Assembly (NCBI GenBank): GCA_002269645.1
Contig: NIVC01002426.1
Coordinates: 62,001 to 126,000 of the forward strand
Direction: 5' to 3'
Length of the DNA: 64,000 bases
Source: Macrostomum lignano
Lineage: Eukaryota
The position numbers were made by a program, and so were the translations under genes. Numbering within the stretch: position 1 is the stretch's first letter; the number at the start of each line of letters is the position of its first letter. Of this stretch, positions 60,085 through 64,000 are shown piece after piece. Below the pieces are notes generated by a model, which was not told the origin of the DNA, made no database searches, and saw only the letters and a program-made list of their open reading frames with translations.

Positions 60085-60615
60085 CGTGTTATCTGTTAGA
60101 TACGTGTTATCCGTTAGATGTGTGTTATCTGTTAGATTTGTGTGTTATCCGTTAGATTTGTGTGTTATCAGTTAGATTTGTGTGTTATCAGTTAGATTTG
60201 TGTGTTATCAGTTAGATTTGTGTGTTATCAGTTAGATTTGTGTGTTATCAGTTAGATTTGTGTGTTATCAGTTAGATTTGTGTGTTATCAGTTAGATTTG
60301 TGTGTTATCTGTTAGATGTGTGTGTTATCTGTTAGATGTGTTATCTTTTGGGTTTTGTGGTATCTGTTAGATTTGTGTTATCCTTTAGATTTGTGTGTTA
60401 TCTGTTAGATGTGTTATCTTTTGGGTTTTGTGGTATCTGTTAGATGTGTGTTATCCTTTAGATTTGTGTGTTATCTGTTAGATGTGTGTGTTATCTGTTA
60501 GATGTGTGTTATCCGTTAGATTTGTGTTATCCGTTAGATTTGTGTTATCCGTTAGATTTGTGTGTTATCAGTTAGATTTGTGTGTTTGTTAGATGTGTGT
60601 GTTATCTGTTAGATA
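60085..60615. repeat. 20-bp minisatellite downstream of PRPF3
   Basis: Unit GTTAGATTTGTGTGTTATCA with variants. Confidence 0.9.
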
Positions 60616-61259
60616 GTCTTGTTATACAATAAGTGTTAGATAGAAGTGTTGCATGTTCAATCGGGATTATAAATCAACTAAAGGAGTATCGCATTTTTCA
60701 TATTTGCTTGAACTCTGCTCGGCCAGGTGTGCCAGCTAGGATCGATAGCTGCGCTGCATTTCCCTGTCATTTAAGGCATGCCTGCTATTATTGCACTGTC
60801 TCTTTGAATAGGACGTTCAAGCAGCTTCAGCTGAGAGGTAGTAAAAGTATTTGTACTTTTATCATGCAATTTCGTCATCAAAAGCAGTGTTCAACAATGC
60901 TTCACTCTATTTTGTTGAAACAAAAAATGCACCGAGCCTAGCAACCAATTTCCAGATTGAAGTAAACTCGATCCCCTTCAGTCAGGCATTGTTTGAATTC
61001 AAAACACTTCGTATTGACAGTAAAAATAATTTCTGATAAGTCTGCTCAACTGCTTGATTTCATGGATTGCAAATATGTCTATAAATAGTTTTTGTTCCAC
61101 TGCATTTAGGACTAGGGCAAATTCGAAAAAATAACAACTTGAATCATAAATCATCACTTGTCCAGACGAGAGGATGATAGCAATTATGCTAGCAATAAAG
61201 CGTTTTATGAGCGTCTTCTTCCGCTTCAATAGTCATCAATAATTGAATAGAAAGGCAAA

Positions 61260-62482
61260 AACAAACATTAAGTTAATTTAATTAAACGACGCGTTTCGCA
61301 CGATACTGTGCATCTTCAGGTTTATTTTTGAGCGAAGGAAACGAGTGGGATCGGCAGTAAATAAATACAAAATTTCGGGTGTGAATTCAATCAATATTTG
61401 AAGTACATGTTTGTTGGTCAAAAAGTCGAGAGGCAAAGTCCAGGGACGGAATGATAGCGATATAGTTAGAAGTATATAATGTACATCCAGTGCCCCCTCC
61501 CTCAGAACACACGGAGAACATGTCCCGCGCCACTGTGTTGGAGTTGGATTTTGAGGTTGGGGGAATGCGCTTTAATGTACAGCGCTTCAAGTATCTGGAG
61601 TTTGGAGTCAAATGAGCATTGATTAATGACTTTGAAGCGCTCTTCGGGTTTGCAGTTGGAGCAACTGTTACACTCTAGGAGATGGTTTTTGGATAGCCGA
61701 CAGTTTCAGTCAGTGCTCCCTGATTCTAGTGTGCAGATGCCTTTTGTCTTCCCCACGTAGGAGACGCTCTGGTCATCAGAGCAGTTGAACTGATAAACGA
61801 CACCAGCACGAAGAGCACAGGGAACACGTGACTTCAACCGACCGACAAAGTTGCCAACCTTAGCAGAACGAAAGATGACACGGACGTTGCAATTAAGCGA
61901 GTTGCGGAATATTTGCAGATTTTATTTTTGAAAGGTTGAGACGGATAGCCAAAGAAAGGAAGGACAAGAGTTGGTTCGTTGAGATCGATGGGATCGGCTT
62001 TAGCGCTAGGCTGATTGGCGATTTTCTCAGCGACGAATTTGTGAATGTCCCATTCCCATGTCGCTGAGTGATTCTCATTTCATTTGAGTGAACGCCATTT
62101 CATCGTGAATAAACGCACGAGGATAACCATTTTGTTGAAACATTTTGGTTAGAAAATTCACTTCTTGGTCAAAGTTAGTCCAGGTGTTGCAGACACTGAA
62201 AGCTCTGTGTAGCAGACATCTAATCAGGCCAGATTTCCACTGTCTTGGACATAAAGCAATGAAGTTGAGAATGTGATTGGTAAACGTGCTTTTCCGAAAA
62301 ACTTTGGTGGAGAGGGTTCCGCAGTTAAAATCAATGTCGAGGTCAAGGAACGGGAGCCTCTGCTGGTCGGAAGCAACCTCAGAAGTGAACTTGATGTTTG
62401 TGTGTGTAGAGTTGAGAGCGTCGAAGAAACGGTCAATTTTGTTCTTGTTATCGAAGATGGCGAAGGTATCGTCGACGATACC
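61260..62482 (-). mobile_element. Penelope-like retroelement, 5'-truncated and frameshifted (RT C-terminal half plus GIY-YIG endonuclease plus 3' pLTR)
   Basis: RT: VDDTFAIF...FFDALNSTHTNIKFTSE...LPFLDL...TKVFRKSTFT...WKSGLIRCLLHRAF...NGYP. Endonuclease: GVVYQFNC...SYVGKT.RHLHTRIREH...LQILEALYIK, stop at 61502-61504. Several frameshifts and stops. Confidence 0.9.
61283..61324 (-). ncRNA. Minimal type I hammerhead ribozyme of the Penelope pLTR
   Basis: Minus strand reads TAAAC-CTGAAGA-T-GCAC-AGTATC-GTGC-GAAAC-GC-GTC-GTTTA. Stem I is TAAAC/GTTTA, core CUGAAGA, stem II GCAC/GTGC, then GAAA and a 2-bp stem III with palindromic ACGCGT. The GUC cleavage triplet is at plus 61288-61290. Confidence 0.85.
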
Positions 62483-62666
62483 ATCGAATAGAATATTCGA
62501 TATTCTATTCGGGACCTTCGCCATCTTCGAATAGAATATTCGATATTCTATTCGGGACCTTCGCCATCTTCGAATAGAATATTCGATATTCTATTCGGGA
62601 CCTTCGCCATCTTCGAATAGAATATTCGATATTCTATTCGGGACCTTCGCCATCTTCGATAACAAG
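62481..62666. repeat. 43-bp hairpin-containing tandem repeat at the Penelope 5' junction
   Basis: Unit CCTTCGCCATCTTCGAATAGAATATTCGATATTCTATTCGGGA starts at 62515, 62558 and 62601, with partial units at each end. Confidence 0.95.
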
Positions 62667-63180
62667 ATTTCATTTGAGTGATTGCCACATTTCATTTGAG
62701 TGATTCCCATTTCATTTGAGTGATTGCCATTTCATTTGAGTGATCGCCATTTCATTTGAGTGATCGCCATCTCATTTGAGGGATTCCCATTTCATTTGAG
62801 TGATTGCCATTTCATTTGAGGGATTGCCATTTCATTTGAGTGATTGCCATTTCATTTGAGTGATTGCCATTTCATTTGAGTGATTGCCATTTCATTTGAG
62901 TGATTGCCACATTTCATTTGAATGATTGCCATTTCATTTGAGTGATTGCCATCTCATTTGAGTGATTGCCATTTCATTTGAGTGATCGCCATTTCATTTG
63001 AGTGATTGCCATTTCATTTGAGTGATTGCCATTTCATTTGAGTGATTGCCATCTCATTTGAGTGATCGCCATCTCATTTGAGTGATCGCCATTTCATTTG
63101 AGTGATCGCCATTTCATTTGAGGGACTGCCATTTCATTTGAGTGATTCCCATTTCATTTGAGGGATTGCCATTTCATTTT
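62667..63180. repeat. 20-bp minisatellite
   Basis: Unit ATTTCATTTGAGTGATTGCC, about 25 copies. Confidence 0.95.
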
Positions 63181-63759
63181 AGAGACTGCTGTTTTATTTG
63201 TGAAGCTTAAGAAGTTAAGGTCACTTAGATATCAGGCTTGCTGTGTAGAATACACTTTAAAAGGTTTCAATTTAATAGCACTTGACCATGCAATTAAGCG
63301 CTCAGTGGGAGACTGTACTAACTAGCCACTTCATATATTGAAGCAAACTTCACTCGTAATTATTCTGTAACGATTTTTCCACCCTGGACTGTGCCTCTGA
63401 TTGGGACAATACACCATGTGCAACTATTAAACTAAAGTAGTTGGTCAATACACTATAATGTAATATTTACAGTAGTTAGTTTATTGCGTAGCTGTACTCC
63501 TAAATAAAATAAAATTTATAAGCAACTCCTTAGTACCCTCGAATACTGTTGCAGACTTGCAGTCCATATTGTGAAGTGTATTTCTTTTCAAATATGTAGG
63601 TTGGGGAAATAGTCTCTCGCACAGACTTCTGAAAGTTATTTTTTTAGAGACATCGCTGCATCAATATGGTGGCGATTGCATAGAGAGAGGAATGTAGGCA
63701 GAGGATGACAGGCAATTAAAAGTGTAGGCGACGAAACAAGGATTTCTTGGAGCGCCACG

Positions 63760-64000
63760 GTAAGTATCAACTTGTCAAGGACGTCGCATTGAGTATCAAC
63801 TTGCGCATCAAGGATGTCAGATTGAGTATCAACTTACCAAGAAGGTCACATTGATTATCAGCTTATTAAGGACGTCACATTGAGTATCAAACCATCAAGG
63901 ACGTCACGTTGTATATCAAACCATCAAGGAAGTCACGTTGAATATCAAACCATCAAGGACGTCACGTTGTATATCAAACCATCAAGGACGTCACGTTGTA
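63760..64000. repeat. 29/30-bp minisatellite running off the right edge
   Basis: Unit TCAAACCATCAAGGACGTCACGTTGTATA with a degenerate left edge. Confidence 0.85.

Noticed and set aside
60630-61250. Short ORFs between the 60.1-kb array and the Penelope element, and near 63500-63700
   Set aside because: No recognisable motifs or consistent splice model; they may be exons of a gene outside the window, but this is unsupported.

Overview
This is eukaryotic (metazoan) genomic DNA. GC-rich exons and introns packed with minisatellites resemble the flatworm Macrostomum lignano, but that is my inference and is not verified. I reconstructed six spliced or single-exon genes by hand from GT-AG boundaries with consistent phase: (1) the 5' half of a kinesin-3 (KIF1A/unc-104) gene on the minus strand, 15 exons, running off the left edge; (2) a metallophosphoesterase-fold gene nested antisense in KIF1 intron 4, with degenerate catalytic motifs and a C-terminal CaaX box; (3) importin-5, 9 exons, with a 1-nt frameshift in the last exon; (4) an uncharacterised 2-exon gene; (5) POLD3 (DNA polymerase delta p66); (6) PRPF3. 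Mobile DNA includes two CORE-type tRNA-SINEs, two MITE families, a non-autonomous EnSpm/CMC element with a DUF4806-like pseudogene, and a 5'-truncated Penelope-like element with a minimal hammerhead ribozyme. The main structural signals are: 20 of 23 long introns carry their own tandem array, while the 5 short introns (84-97 nt) carry none; several junctions join fold-back copies of local sequence to satellite units, which may show how arrays are seeded; and two kb-scale CpG-free domains lie beside head-to-head gene starts. Array edges are approximate, and all family assignments come from motif recognition, not database searches.
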